Part shown: positions 50,730-64,000 of the stretch, piece by piece | Numbering within the stretch: position 1 is the first letter of the stretch | Layout: each line of letters starts with the position of its first letter | Assembly: GCF_000002075.1 (NCBI RefSeq) | Contig: NW_004797431.1 | Location: 378,810-442,809, forward strand | Length of the DNA: 64,000 nt | Direction of reading: 5' to 3' | Source: Aplysia californica | Lineage: Eukaryota | Made by a program: the position numbers and the translations under genes | The notes under the pieces: generated by a model | The model's database searches: none | What the model was told of the DNA's origin: nothing | The model's input: only the letters and a program-made list of their open reading frames with translations

Positions 50730-52030
50730 TAGGTACGAGAAACTGGGTACCTGGTGGTTCAGGTGACATCAGTCCGCAGGTTGTCCCTCACCAATACACA
50801 TCTTTGGCCCAAACTCTTCCCTTTGACGGGAGGGTGGCACCGCCCATACTACCCAATCGGTTGGGAGCTGAAACCCCTTCAGTTTGTCCTTTGGCCAATC
50901 TTAACGGAAGAGTCTACTACACTTCCGTGAAGGGTATAACTCCGGGGTAGCCCTGGCACAGCTCTGGTTATACGAGCAGCGTGTCCCCTTGCTGGGCTCG
51001 GTGGTGGGCGGGTAGCCCCGGAGCCGTATAAATAACAAAAACAATCAAAGGACCATTTTCCTGCTCCCAAAGTCTTTTTAAAAAAGGTCTCGGCTCGCGG
51101 AAACAGGTGCGGCCGCCCGGATGAGCAAACCAACGCCTACAGCAAAAAGGTTACCGCTGCTTCTTCCCTCCTTCCTCCCAGGGAGCTTCCGAAGCAGCCG
51201 TACTTGACCATGCGCAGGCAACGGTGCGCAGAAGATGTCAGATTAAACCTTTTCAAAACTGATGATGCACTATGACATGCTGTGGGATACATTCCTACAG
51301 ACGTCCAGAAGCTGTCCTCTGGTGCAATCCTCGCTTTTTCAGATGTCAAAAGAAGTTTGGCCATAGCCAGTTGCAATGCCCACACATAGCCGTGTGTCCT
51401 CGCTGTGGCAGGACCAGACATCCTAAAAAGGAATGCAAGGCAAGTCCATGCTGCCCAAATTCCCAGGGCCAGCACACAGCCTTCAGCAAGGAGTGCCCGA
51501 CTTGGATCCAAGAACGCACCATTCAGGGATACAAAGCTCGAAATGTTTGCTCCTTTTAGGAACCTCACAATAATTGCCTGCCGCCAGTCGCGACTCCGGT
51601 CCCTGGCCGGTCATATGCAAAGGTAGTCCAGCCAGTCACGAGGTTTGCCAGTACTTCCACTGCCGACCTCACCCCGCTTACGGTCAACAAACCCAAAGCT
51701 GTACTAGTCTCTAAAGACTTAAAAGGTCCCTTCTACCCCTCTGGCACCCACCACCTTTGAGCTGTCACTTGCTTATCGCTTTGGGGTTCTAGGAGAGAAC
51801 GGAGTGGAACCCCCCCCCCCCTTTTTGACCCTTCTTCTACCGCTTCACAACCCATCCCTCTGAGGGAGTATATGCCCCCCCCCCTTCTTCCCACCCCAGC
51901 CCCCTCCTAGGGCTCCACCTCTCCCTACCCCTCCAGAAGACGCCCCCTCTCTATGGAAGATGACACCTCCGACCCTCCGCCCCGGGGTCTCTCCAGGGAA
52001 AAGACAGAGCCCATCACTCCTCCCTCATAA
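50730..52030 (+). mobile_element. I/Nimb-clade LINE 5' region with deleted ORF1 (zinc knuckles)
   Basis: FRCQKKFGHSQLQC..VCPRCGRTRH..C..CCPNSQGQHTAFSKECPTWIQE; DVQKLSSG motif; GC-rich 5'UTR. Confidence 0.8.
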
Positions 52031-52134
52031 CTCCTATTAGACAACAAACTCATCAAACATTTTGGCGTCAGAGTCCTTGAAAATGATATGGTATGGGTTA
52101 ACGCCCCTATCAACACTATTATGTTATTTAAGGG

Positions 52135-52385
52135 GTGGGACAGACAACATATGTACAAATGTTTTAAACTAGTACAATCACCAAAATGACAGTGTGGAGA
52201 GGCGGACCAAACTGTTGAACACATCCTTCAGCACTGCAAGACACACAGGGCCCTGAGACAGGAAACGTGGCCAACCCCACTGACGCTACAAGAGAAGCTA
52301 TACGGGCCGACAGATGAACTGAGCAGGACGGCCCAATTTATGACAGATACCAGACTTTAAGTGTGATGCGATCGAGAAGAAGAAC
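52135..52385 (+). mobile_element. I-group (Ingi-like) LINE 3' end
   Basis: RQHMYK..CGEADQTVEHILQHC..TWPTP..EKLYG; (GAA)n tail. Confidence 0.7.
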
Positions 52386-52554
52386 AAGGGGCGGGACCTC
52401 CTAGTTTAACGTCCGTCTCCGATAGGACATAGACATAAACATAGACATCCAAAAAAGACAAGGAACATTTTCTTTTCCGCGACCTCCCTCAGTGGCACCT
52501 CACCAAGGCAAAAGTAGACTTAGAACTCACCATACACAACAAACCGTGCTTACT

Positions 52555-53005
52555 TTAATTACTTACTTATTCCTCTTCTTGTAAATCTAGGGCGTGGAGG
52601 GGAGAAAGAGCTTTATTTCGTCTCTTGCAAGTTGGATAGTCTGGCTGGGTGGGTTGTTTGTTTTCAGGGTATCCTTCACAACCTCGATCTAGGTCTCCCT
52701 TGGTCTTCCTCTTGCTTGTACTCTGTTAGGCTTTAATAGCACGCTTTACTGGGAAGCTGGTGAGGTGTCAGAAGTCTAAAGAACCTTATTTTTTGCCTCT
52801 GAATGTAGTGAAGGTCAGGTGTTGTTCCCATCATTTCTCTGGTCCTATTTTTTTCGGATCAGGTGCCATCTGGCTCTCCTTAGACATTTCATCTCGCAGG
52901 TGGTTATCTTATGTTCCAAGGGGAAGGTGGGGATGACGATGGAGTTCATGAGCTTGGCTTTGGTCTTAATGGGGCTGTCAGGACGTTTGAGGAGTTGGGC
53001 AAGCT
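52555..53005 (-). mobile_element. RTE-like LINE 3' fragment
   Basis: Decayed RGRPRET.IEVVKDT; (GTAA)-like tail. Confidence 0.45.
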
Positions 53006-53009
53006 GGTA

Positions 53010-53522
53010 GCTGACAAATCATGCACAAACACAAAAACATTCAAAGCCTCAAACAAAACAAAAAAGACTTATCTAAATATTACCTCGATGCAGTGCAAAT
53101 CTTTACAGATGGCTCTGAATCGGCTCAGCTGTGGGCGCCTCCGCCCTGTCCACAAAGAATATTCACCAGCGGAGGATCCATCCCAAAGCCTCTATTTTTT
53201 TTCTGCAGAGGCCACTGCCATTGACATGGTATTGGATTCCGTAAAAAATTCTCCTAAAACACCTTTTCTTATTCTGTTTAATTCTTTTTCCTGCTCCACC
53301 TCATTTACAAATCCTACAATCTTACACCCGAAAGTAGTAAAGTTGCATTTGAGGATACATTTCTTAAGTGAACAGGGAAAAAATACCGTGTTTGCATGGC
53401 TGCCAGGCCATTTGGGCATCCGAAGAAACAAGCAGGTCGATCTTCTGACGAAGGAATCCTTGTCCCTTCTGTTGGGATCAACGAAGAACACCCTCCCACA
53501 GACAGACTTTAAAGAGTTTTAA
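53010..53522 (+). mobile_element. RNase H domain remnant of I/Nimb LINE ORF2
   Basis: QIFTDGS, FSAEATAI, FAWLPGHLGIRRNKQVDLL across two frames. Confidence 0.85.
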
Positions 53523-56500
53523 GTGTAGACCAAGGTTGTTAAAATATTTATGTTGGTCCTTACAATGTGATATACATGTATTATAATGTATATATGAATT
53601 TTACAAGCAACGTGTACATGTAGGCTGTAACCAAGTCTAGCTGTGTGTGAGATGCTGGTAAGACTGAGAGCTTTCTATTTTTGTCATCAAAATTTCTTTA
53701 GAAGGTTGTTATGTCGGTTGTTACACTCCCAGTGTTGAGTATAATCCATACATTGTCATATGTACATCCCTTTTTACGATCTCGGTCTACATTATTTTAT
53801 AAGTAACTTGTACATATTGGTCTATAACTATGCCATGTTGTGATATAATTTTGTGCAAATGGTTTTCTATTTTTATCATCAACATTAATAAATTTTCTAC
53901 ATTTTAAATAAATTTGAAACATGATAACATTTTTTATTGTCCAATTTCAATAAGTTAATGAATTTCATCCTTTCTACAGCTCCTTCTGATTTAATAAGGA
54001 AAATCTACTTTTAGGCGACTGAATTTTTTCCTTGTGGTACCTACTTAATGATCCAAATTGTACAGATGGGGGAGCTAACCCTTTATAAATAACAATTTAA
54101 TCTTTTTATACAGCAAGATTTTCCAACAATGATAAACAGCAGTGATACACTGTACATGTACGTGTGTACTTTGAATTATGAATCATTCTTTATTTCCTCT
54201 TATGATTAATACTCCCAATCTGAATAATATTTTATGTCTAACACTAAAACCCCATTACCACAATTTAGACCACTCACAAGGCAGGCTATTTTGCTTGAGT
54301 CAACCCAAACTGAGAAAGATACATACTGCACATACAGCGACAATCTCATGGTCGTCTTTTTTTTTTTTTGGTGCAAGGCGATGAGGACAACCACTATTGC
54401 ACCATAAATAATAGCAGCAGCAACAGATAAGACTCCAGCACAAAGAAATAAAACTAAAGGGGGAAAAACATAGCGAGTGAAGCATATAATAATAGGCTGG
54501 AAAAGTATGTTTATTTTTGGTGAATATTTGAGTAAATCCTAGGAACACATGGGATGATACAAAACTTTCCGCCGCTCAACTCCTAGGCCTTCAAATAATA
54601 TGGTAAGTAGGGTAGTGTAGTCTAGTGGTGCTTACAGTGAGCAGAACACAGCAAAGGCGTGGCCAATGTACACAGGTGAAGGAAGGAACATTTTGTTACT
54701 TCAGTCTGTCCGACACATTTTTGGCAAACCCGACTCCATCAAGTCTGGGTGAGGCAAAAAGCATTTTAATCAAAAGTTATGACTGAATCAGAGCTGACAA
54801 AAGAAACTCCAAGTGCACATAGTTTGAAGGGGGGAGGGGGGGCAATTACACTTGTCGGGGGGGGGGGGGGGGAGCACAGCAATGCTGGGAATTGCAAATT
54901 TGGCACAGCAGAACAAACATGAGCATACAAACACATAGTCAAAACTGTTTTACAGTACAGCTCAAACAACACTGCACTGAAGTATAGATGTACCATTCAC
55001 CCATGCTATAACTGAACACTCATACAAATTATAGACACATCCATAGTTTCTCTCTTCCTCTACCTGCTCGATCTTGCTTCAGCCTTCTCAAGACATTTGT
55101 GCAATTTTCTCAAACTATTCCAGTCATTTTCTCCAGACATTTGCACAATTTTTCCTTTTTGACTAAGTACATGAAGTTATCAATAAGGCTCATATCATAT
55201 CATTCAAAGAAAAAAGCTTAAAAGCAGCACCACTTCAATGAACAAGTTAGTCAAGAGAAAAACGAAACAACAACCAACCCTTTGTCCTACCAACACACAT
55301 TTGCTGGCAAATGTTTAAGATATCATCACAAACTGATCGTAAGAGACTGGCATTGGCCAGGCCTGTGGTAGAGCTATCACCAAGTCTGTTCCCGTTATTA
55401 GCTACAATACATGAGTATTTAAAATGCGTGTCATGACAATGTTGTGACAGGTTCATGTCTAATTACAACAAGAAACTATACAATAGGAGAAGAAATATCA
55501 CAGTTTGGTTCATCTAAAAACAAAGTATAAAAGCTTCATTAAAGTTTTCCTAACACAAAAAGTCTGCTTTGCACTCTCATCAAACAAAGTCATAACCACC
55601 TAGCATATTCACACATAGCATTTCTGACATATAAAATTTACAGTCACTGATGCCGTATGTGACTTTTACAGACATCCATAATTTGTAGAGGAGATGAGTT
55701 TAGACAGCTTTTCAAGTGGCTTAATTTAGCCATCTTTGTAGTTAGCATTTTACCTCAAAGACCTTCAAGAAAAAAGACTTCAAATAATTCCACATAAGCT
55801 TTCTGGATCAGCTTATAATCGAGCAACAATCCAAGCCATCACAACCCCATCATAAGGCTAGAAGTCCAATGAAATATTGCCTTTATCATTTTGATTCTTG
55901 TATTCACAATTACACTATTCAAATAGGTAGTTCTGCACACCATAATTCAAAACCATATGGATGAAATTTTAGAAAAACTAAGAAAATGTTTAAAAAACAC
56001 CTGTGTTTAATCATGAATATTAACAAATCTGACTTGATATCAAAGTCCAAATGAACTAACATTCAAGCAGATAAAATTCCCAAGAAGTATTTAGCTGAGA
56101 GCAAACTTTGTCATTCGTAGATGAACAGTAACAGCCACTCGTGAATCAGCTTGGCTAAAAAGTTAGAAAACTCCAGCCGGTAAACAAAGTCCAGGAAGGA
56201 AGCCGGGTCGACAAAATAACGAATAAATATTTCATTTAGCAATTTTAAAAAAGGATTCAGAGTTGGGTGGGGGGGGAGATCTCTGACTTATTAAGACAGC
56301 ACTATTGACTCTTTGATGTTAAGCAAGTAGTTTGATGTGCACAAGGACTACAGAGACACTGAAACAGGGATGGAAGGAGCATATGACCATCCACAAATTC
56401 TCTCTCCTCCTTACCCTCTTTTTCTCTCTCTTCTTATGAAAGTAGCTACAAATCATACAGAAAAACAGTAATTTCGTTTCTTTAAATAAACACTTGATCA

Positions 56501-57053
56501 AAGACATGAGATCAAAAGAAAAAACTGCCACTGCGGTACAAAAACAAAATTTGATTTCCTTATGCATTCACACAAACAGGGATGTTAATACATCAGCATG
56601 GATGCCATGCCTTACACAAAATTTTTGAGAGCTATAAGGAAAACTTACATTTGAAAGCATAGTGATTGTTCTCCTCTTGGGCCCTGTCTCTTCTTACCAA
56701 CTCTGTTATCACAACAACAAAAAAGACAGAGGCAGACAAGAGTTCAAAACACCAATAAAACACACACACATACGCACAGCACACATAACAACTGGCCTCA
56801 ATAGATGGCTAGCAACAGACCCTACAAGTCTCCCACCTTCTTCTGACTACTCTTACAAACTACACATACACATGCGCGTGTGCGATAGTACAAACAACAG
56901 CCACTGTGACCAGCGACAACTAGACAGTGACCAGTAGAGTCTGAAGTCCTCAATCTCTTTTTGGCCAAGCTCACCCACACACAAACACACACACCCACAC
57001 ACAACTAGTCTTGCACACAGTAAAACATCTGTCTCTTCCAGTGTCAGAGTTCA

Positions 57054-57215
57054 CTAATAGATGGAGGGCAGCAGAGCCTTAAAGTCCTTGACCTCCTTGT
57101 GTTTTCCCCAACCGTGGAAGCACTTGATGAACTTGCGATGTTCCTTGTGCTTCATGGCCAGTAGGAGCTTACGGGGCTTGTCTGTCTGCTTGTTGCGCAT
57201 GTGCTGGATATACAC
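57054..57215 (-). CDS. FLII: Flightless-I homolog, last coding exon
   Basis: VYIQHMRNKQTDKPRKLLLAMKHKEHRKFIKCFHGWG..PSIY*; CAG acceptor. Confidence 0.95.
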   Translation of the reverse strand: MYIQHMRNKQTDKPRKLLLAMKHKEHRKFIKCFHGWGKHKEVKDFKALLPSIY

Positions 57216-58054
57216 CTGAGGACAGGGATGGAAAACAAGTTGAGAAAAACAGCTGAGCATAGCTAGCTAGAACCTGTCACCATGGCCATGTTCATCTGTT
57301 AGTGACAGACAAAGCCAGCTACAACAGGCCTTCATCTGCCTCAGTTTCCACTTTGGTGTATTATCTCATGAAGTTGTCGGTAACCGTTTGGATTTTATGC
57401 TTTCAACATATGGTTTGCCTCTATTTTTCCCCCAAAGCCCACAACACAGGTGTCATCAGGTCAGTTTTTTATGTGTTCTGTGCGCGTAACCATAGTATTT
57501 GAGTCTCCTTTTGCTGATCTCAGAAAGCATACTATGTTCTGTATCAAGCCCTTTCAGAACATTGTCATTTGTTCTAGCAGGTACCTCAATAATAAAATCA
57601 TTAATAGAATGGGGAGAAAAGTTTTGATCGCAAATTGATAGACCGATTTTATATTAAAAAACATTAGGTATCATCATCGTCACCCTTCATTATTCCCAAA
57701 GGAAAATGAAATCGCTCCAAAATGCTCTGTTCTGAGCCTTTCACTTAGGCTCATCCCTCATCATCAACACTGGGTTTTCATTGTGGTAAAAGTTTTGTGC
57801 CTCAAATTTAGAGCAATTAGAAGGGGGGCTTAATTTTAGTAAGACTTTTAAGGCACTAGCAAGTGAGCTGGTTATACCTTGCTTAGGCTGAGTTAGGTGA
57901 AGCATTCCAGTAGACGGAGATACCAGATGATATACCTTCCACACACAGGACTAGAACTCACATGTTCTACACGCAATGGCGAAGAATCAAATTATTACTG
58001 CATAACAAACATTGGTAGAGACCAATGTGTAGCAGTTGTGGTTGAGCTGTTGCT

Positions 58055-58266
58055 TATTCTCACTTTGAACAAAACACATCTATTCTCAGTTTGAACAAAA
58101 ACACATCTATTCTCAGTTTGAATGAAACACATCTATTCTCATTTTGAATGAAACACATCTATACTCAGTTTGAACAAAACACATCTATTCTCAGTTTGAA
58201 TTAAACACATCTATTCTCAGTTTGAATGAAACACATCTATTCTCAGTTTGAACAAAACACATCTAC
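58055..58266. repeat. 26-bp minisatellite, ~8 copies, in FLII intron
   Basis: TTTGAACAAAACACATCTATTCTCAG head-to-tail, no spacers. Confidence 0.95.
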
Positions 58267-59051
58267 GCTATAACCTCCATTTAAAAGTACTTGGAAAAGG
58301 TTGGACAAACAGGCAGACGGAAATAACCAAGGGAAAAAAAAGATGTAGACCCCACCAGTTGAACCCTTCAACGATTTCTTGCACTGGATGAATCGGCATA
58401 CACAATATCAATCACATTTTATCTGATAATAGATTAGTGATTAGGGTATTAGGGTAATAGTAACACTGACAAAAAGCACTGCGGCAACCAGATAGCACTT
58501 GCTTGCTTTTTGCTTTTGCAAATGAGCCCATTTTGCTTCCCCTGTGTGAATGATGTGACCACAACTGCCAACTTTTCAAAAGTAAAATACAGAACGCTGC
58601 AGATCAAGATGGACAAGTAACCTACCTTCAGACTTTTCACACATACTTTTCTGCATGCGATAAATTCACACTATGCCAAGCAGATCTGCTCTGCAACAAT
58701 AATGTCAGAAATGTTTAGTAAAGGTCTCTAAAATTGACTTAAAGGCTTTGATCTTATCATCTTATTATCATTCGCAAATCCTGTTTTGAAAGTTCATAAT
58801 TTTTCAACAACATCAGCAAGTCCATGTGGAGCAGTAACAGAAAAACAGAGAATACATATTTTCTGACACAGAAAATGTACTTACATACTCAGACCCAAAC
58901 ATCTTTTACTAAATATACGTTTTTTAACATACTGGTTGGCAGCTATCTGTGACTGTCAATCTCATGCTTAGCTTTGTACATGCAATCACCTGAAGAAAGA
59001 TTTTTTGAAACAGAACAATTATACAGGCTTTTTCTTTTCCTTCTTCCTCAC

Positions 59052-59165
59052 CTGTGCACTCTTAAAGGCGAGTTTGATCTCCACGTCGCTCGTCTTTTTG
59101 CCCACCCACAGGTAGACTTGTTCACCGTTGTCTAGAATCATCACGTCATCATCCGCCAGGTCATC
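59052..59165 (-). CDS. FLII: Flightless-I homolog exon (gelsolin repeat 6)
   Basis: [38 protein letters not shown], 114 bp, AG/GT. Confidence 0.95.
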
Positions 59166-59325
59166 CTACCGCACAGAGAGCAGAAATATTTCAGTATCTT
59201 TTCTCAATTCAGTCAATATGTGAAAGTCAAAGAGCTCCATTACAGCAGAGTCCATTTACATCAAACTCAATTAATCCAAGAACAGCAGTAAGCCAGAAGA
59301 TAATAACACTCATTTTTCCCTTCTA

Positions 59326-60035
59326 CAGTGGAACTCGGATTCAACGAGGTCGCCGGGCCTGACCTAAAATCTCGTTGAATCCGAAAGTTCGTTATAGCAA
59401 GCATGAGGTTTTGTGTAGGTGATTACAGGCACTGAGCAAGTAATAATGTGTAAAGAGAAGTAGCAAGTAGTACCTGAAATGCCTGCATATTATGAGCTGT
59501 GTAAAAAAAAGACCGATTCCTTCTCAAAGTTGTGTTGCTGTGTAGAACCTAGCATACGACAACTTTTAGATCCATTGCCGGGGCACAATTCATTACGTAG
59601 ATCTACGTCAAGACTAGCTTATCATTGTAATAATGATCAGTTGCCGAGGGGAAAATAAAGACTCTGACGTGTTTGTATCTGTGACATTCAATGTCCGGAC
59701 CGCTGGTGCCCCCCCCCACCCCCACCCCCCTTCCCAAAACACGCACACAGTCACACGTGTGCAGGCCGCCCATCCGACCCCGACACATGCCAGAGTAGAC
59801 ACGTGCGCGTGCCAACAACGCATGTGTTGGTATGAAAAAAGGCCACTGATTGGTCGCATGCAATCGGCTAAGTGAATAATAGTACACGATGCAGGTGCAA
59901 TGGAAGGTTTCCGGGAATAGATAAAGTTCGTTGTGGGAGAAAAATGAGCGAAGCCACGTCTGCCATTGCTGTTCACCCTGAAAGCAACCTCATTGAATCC
60001 GAGCTCGCTGATTTAAGTGCTCGTTGAATCCGGGT
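59326..60035. mobile_element. Tc1/mariner (pogo/Tigger-like) MITE, right end incomplete
   Basis: TA|CAGTGGAACTCGGATTCAACGAG start; recurring CTCGTTGAATCCG subterminal motifs. Confidence 0.65.
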
Positions 60036-60682
60036 TATTTAATACTCAGTCAAAATACTCTGTAATTTTTACATGAAACGAGGCAATTTAAGTGAAGTGG
60101 GCCTACATTATCCAGAGTCACTTCCTCTTGCTAAAACAAGCCACCGACCCAAACCAGGACCTCACAGTCCAAAGTAGCCTAATAAGTTATCCTCCCCACT
60201 ACACCAGGATGCCCCATGCTAAGATGACAGCACTACAAATAAGCTATGCGCCCTATTAGCCTCTTCAGTGCTTTGTTATATTCACGTGTGTTCTTCCAAA
60301 CTAGTTCACTGCAATATTTTCTACTAGTCTAAAGAGGACATTCTTGAAGATGTACTGTTGTTGTGCAGTTACTTATTCTAAATAAAGGGAAATATAATTA
60401 TGGCTTTGTTTTAATCTCTCTTGACTATTTATTCTAATGTGTACAAATATAGATGGAAACGCTGAAGCGCTGAAATGGTTAAAAGTTAGAGCTTTTCGTA
60501 CTAAGAAATTCTTTTTGCGTAAATAATGTTTTACAGGCTACTGATATTCAAATTTAAAAAATGAGTGCCTCTGCTAATCTTAACTTTGGCTGTTACAATT
60601 GGTATAAATAATTTACAGAAGTAAACCTTCAGCATCGAAAGCAATTACAACATTTTCAGTTCAGAATTTAGAATATGTATAC

Positions 60683-60775
60683 CTGACAGAAGTCGGCACA
60701 TTTCTCAGACACTGTGAAGTAACCTTTCTCATTGGAGCAGCGGAACAGCCGAGCATAGTGCATGAAGGAACAATC
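60683..60775 (-). CDS. FLII: Flightless-I homolog exon
   Basis: [31 protein letters not shown], 93 bp, AG/GT. Confidence 0.95.
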
Positions 60776-61946
60776 CTGAAAATAGACAGTCAGTGGTAAA
60801 AGATTAATTCGTGTAGCAACATGACAAAATAAGCTGCTCATCACACTCAGCTTTCAAAGACTGGGCAAAACTGCAATTTTCTGAAAATGCTATGTTTGTA
60901 CCTCCCAACTTCAAATGACTATAACTTTTGGAACCAAAGTAGCAAGACTAAAACTGTTTTCATCTATTTGCAGGGCTTAAACAAGTTTGATTCCCACTGT
61001 GTTAGAGTTATTTTATCAAACAGCAATATGCGACTCATTTTGATATGTTACCACATATTTGCATAATTATGGTTATCAATCCCTTCTGGTTTAACTCCCA
61101 GCAGTTTTGCCTATTTTGGCTTTTATGTTTCATGGGTCTTCCATACCCTCAAGCCTCATGCAATGATCTGTCTATTCCAGATAGACATATTACATACAAA
61201 TTGAAAGGGAATTGGATAGTCTTTCAGACCTAGCCAATAGATTTCATTATTGTCAAGCTGTCTTGAAGTGTGACCTATTTTTCTTGTTACTAAAACTAGA
61301 AACAAAAACAGAAATCGCACTTCTCTAACAGTCTTAAAGAAAGGGGAAAAAAGTGTTTGAGAATTTAGAGTTTACATTTGAAGAGTCCACTAAAAGAACG
61401 AGCATAGTCACAATGTGTTAAAGACACCTCATTCTGTTGGTAAATAAAGAAATGAGGGCCGTTCTTGTGCATTCTACAAATTCTCGGTTATGGCCCTTGA
61501 AACAGAAAATTTTAGAGTCTGAATTTTATTATACAACCATCAATTTTAATACCTATTTTATATTTTTAAGTCACTTTAGTCATTTTTATTTGATAAAATT
61601 ACCTACAAAAATCTTTATTTATAAAAGTTAATGTACTCTATGAGCAAAAAAAACTACATCACCAGCCATCGTATAAATTTATACGATTTATATAGTACTG
61701 CATAAACTACTGGGAGTTAGGCTGCCACAACATAACAATACTTGCCAGTTCATTCAAATTTTACCATTTCAGTAGTCTGAAGGACATACAGCTTTAGAAC
61801 TTGTTACACAGAGAAAAAAAGCCATGACTTATATTTTCAGAAAAATTTACACCTTTGATTGTGCAGTAGATATTCACTTTGTATCAAGATTGATTGTATC
61901 CTGCACAAAGAAAGGAGAGCTTGAACCAATATTTAGCTCCATCTTC

Positions 61947-62621
61947 TAGGGGCGAGCACGAGACGATCCAAGTACTTGTTTCTCGCGAGCTTCCCGTCAC
62001 TGCCCGGGCACTAAACTACTGCCCGGTACCGAGAAGTGATACTGCTCGTTGGCTTGACATAACGAGTAACAGAAATGAGAGTCAGAGAGTGAGAGAGTGA
62101 GAGGCGAGAAATGACATGCAGACAGTGCCACCCATCACCGTGCCATCCTGTGTGTGAAACTGAAAGGAAGGGGAGAGGGTGGCGAGACGAGGCAAGTGGG
62201 GAGTTGATCAGGGCCTAGGCCTAGATCTCCCTACCTTCCTTCACCACCTGTGCCTGCGCAACAGGGCTAGCCTAGTTTAGATCCCCGCCACGGCCGGCCT
62301 TCTTGCTGAGCAAGTTCCCGTACTGCGGGGCGAGAAGAGAAATTGGTCACGAGACGAGAAGCGTTTCTCGGGACACGAGACCAGAAGCATTTACAAGACA
62401 AGAAGCATTTCTTGAGACACGAGACGAGAAGCATTTCTCGGGACACGAGAAGAGAAGCATTTACGAGACGAGAAGCATTTCTCGAGACACGAGAGAAGAA
62501 GCATTTCTCGGGACACGAGACGAGAACCATTTCTCGGGACCGGTACCGGTCCCGGCGAGAAGTAGGTCAGCTTGTTGGTCTTTTCGCTCGGGAAGGAAAA
62601 AGCGCTTCCCGCCCGTCTCTA
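61947..62621. mobile_element. hAT-type MITE with internal tandem expansion
   Basis: TIR TAGGGGCGAGC / GCCCGTCTCTA; TSD CCATCTTC/CTATCTTC; repeated GAGACGAGAAGCATTTCTCGGGACAC at ~62346-62540. Confidence 0.85.
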
Positions 62622-62724
62622 CTATCTTCTCCTCTCCTCTCATCCTATCTCTTTCTTTCTCTCACACATACATACACACAGTTAGACAATAGATGTACTA
62701 CTTTCTAACTTCATTAAGATGTAC

Positions 62725-62814
62725 CTGCTCATATGGTTTCTGGCCACCGATGCCAACCCAAAAGAAGTTCTCGGGTTCTTCGCCTTCGTTGATCATCTGA
62801 ATAGTGTAGCCATC
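62725..62814 (-). CDS. FLII: Flightless-I homolog exon
   Basis: [30 protein letters not shown], 90 bp, AG/GT. Confidence 0.95.
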
Positions 62815-63738
62815 CTAGGAACACACAAGAAACACTTTCATTAATCCATATACTAACCCCTAAGTTGCCTTAAAACATACAAGAGACATTACGAAAATGC
62901 GTGATTCTTAGCTTTGTGTATAACCATGAACATCACTGAATTTGACTTAATAGCCTTTCCTGATTGCCTAAATGACGTTATATGTACGTCCCTCTAACCA
63001 GTTGACTCTGATTCTCCTGTACGGAGACTTAACCACAAGCAGTGTAGATTCCTATTCTGGAGTAAAAAAAGATGTGCATATGAGTACCAAATTTGCCAGT
63101 TAATTTACTGATCAGTTCACAAGTGATAGATAAACACAGGTCTTGAGGACAAACACGCTCTTGCAAAACGTAAACACCAAAATAACCATAAAAAGGCAGC
63201 AAATTTCACTTTTTGCCTTACATTTGCAAGTTTTTCTAAATTAAGGGTAAGATAGGATGGAGAAATATGGGGAAGGTAGAAAGTGAGGAAAGTGACACTA
63301 TTGAAGATGCGAGTCCGTTTATAATTTATGAGTGGGATAGGTCTAGACAGTGAGTTCACTAGCACTGAGACATGAAACTGCTGTCCTGGCTAACGAGCTT
63401 AGCTGAAAATCAGTGCCGACAGTAGGAACACACACTCCCTGGCAATGAAGGGGCTAAAGACAAAAATATGGCCATGTAGTAGGAAACTTGTAGCTTTGTC
63501 AAGAGCCAGCAAACTATTTTTAGTTCTAGCAAGAGTTTACGGCACCTACAAAACAATTAGGTGCTTCAGGTGCCAAGGATCAGAGGTGCTATTAGAGAGT
63601 AACATACAAAGAAAAAAAGAAGGGGAGACAAGGAAGATAGATCTTTTTATAAGAAACAAGGAACAAACCACTCTAGAGCACCTGCCAACCACCCACGCCA
63701 GTAAACTATAATGACAAAGTGCCGAAGGGACCACTGAC

Positions 63739-63862
63739 TTTGTACATCATGTAAGCGATCTCCTCAGCGATCTGAGCCTCCTTGTGGTCTGCTCTCCGGC
63801 CAACCCACACATAAACGATGCCCTTCAGGTCGTCACTGTCAAACGGCACCATCAAGATGAAG
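63739..63862 (-). CDS. FLII: Flightless-I homolog exon (gelsolin repeat 5); gene continues beyond window end
   Basis: FILMVPFDSDDLKGIVYVWVGRRADHKEAQIAEEIAYMMYK, 124 bp, CAG/GTCAGT. Confidence 0.95.
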
Positions 63863-64000
63863 CTGGCAAACACACAAACAACGCAAAGCCAAACCATAAG
63901 TATGACAGTATGACTGAGGGTAACGAGCATTCCATCAACAAGTCTCATTGTAATAATAATAAATAATAATAAATTACATTAATACAGCACATTTTCACTA

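Noticed and set aside
58055-58266. CRISPR-like periodicity
   Set aside because: Head-to-tail 26-mers without unique spacers in a eukaryotic intron; no cas genes

Overview
Eukaryotic (animal, probably gastropod/lophotrochozoan; inferred from repeat style only) draft-assembly window with many N gaps. Two conserved minus-strand genes frame it: the first four coding exons of SEC14L1/retm (PRELI domain; 445-8096) and the last five exons of Flightless-I (57054-63862). The ~45 kb between them is a transposon-rich accessory region: hAT MITEs with TSDs, RTE, L2, Tx1/L1-like and I/Nimb LINE remnants, and an Academ-type transposase remnant. Two non-TE items stand out. (1) An intronless MNK-like kinase (557 aa) has intact catalytic motifs, the MNK basic N-terminus and Zn-cysteine insert, but DFG instead of MNK's DFD and no visible C-terminal MAPK-docking motif; it runs in frame into a decayed tandem copy of itself. 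(2) A tandemly triplicated 4.5-7.4 kb unit carries an uninterrupted 216-aa orphan ORF with gene-like features (5'UTR intron, palindromic E-box upstream, a DLHLSL motif repeated with synonymous codons, a DSGxxxS degron-like motif, a basic+Cys N-terminus). Novelty cannot be confirmed without database searches.
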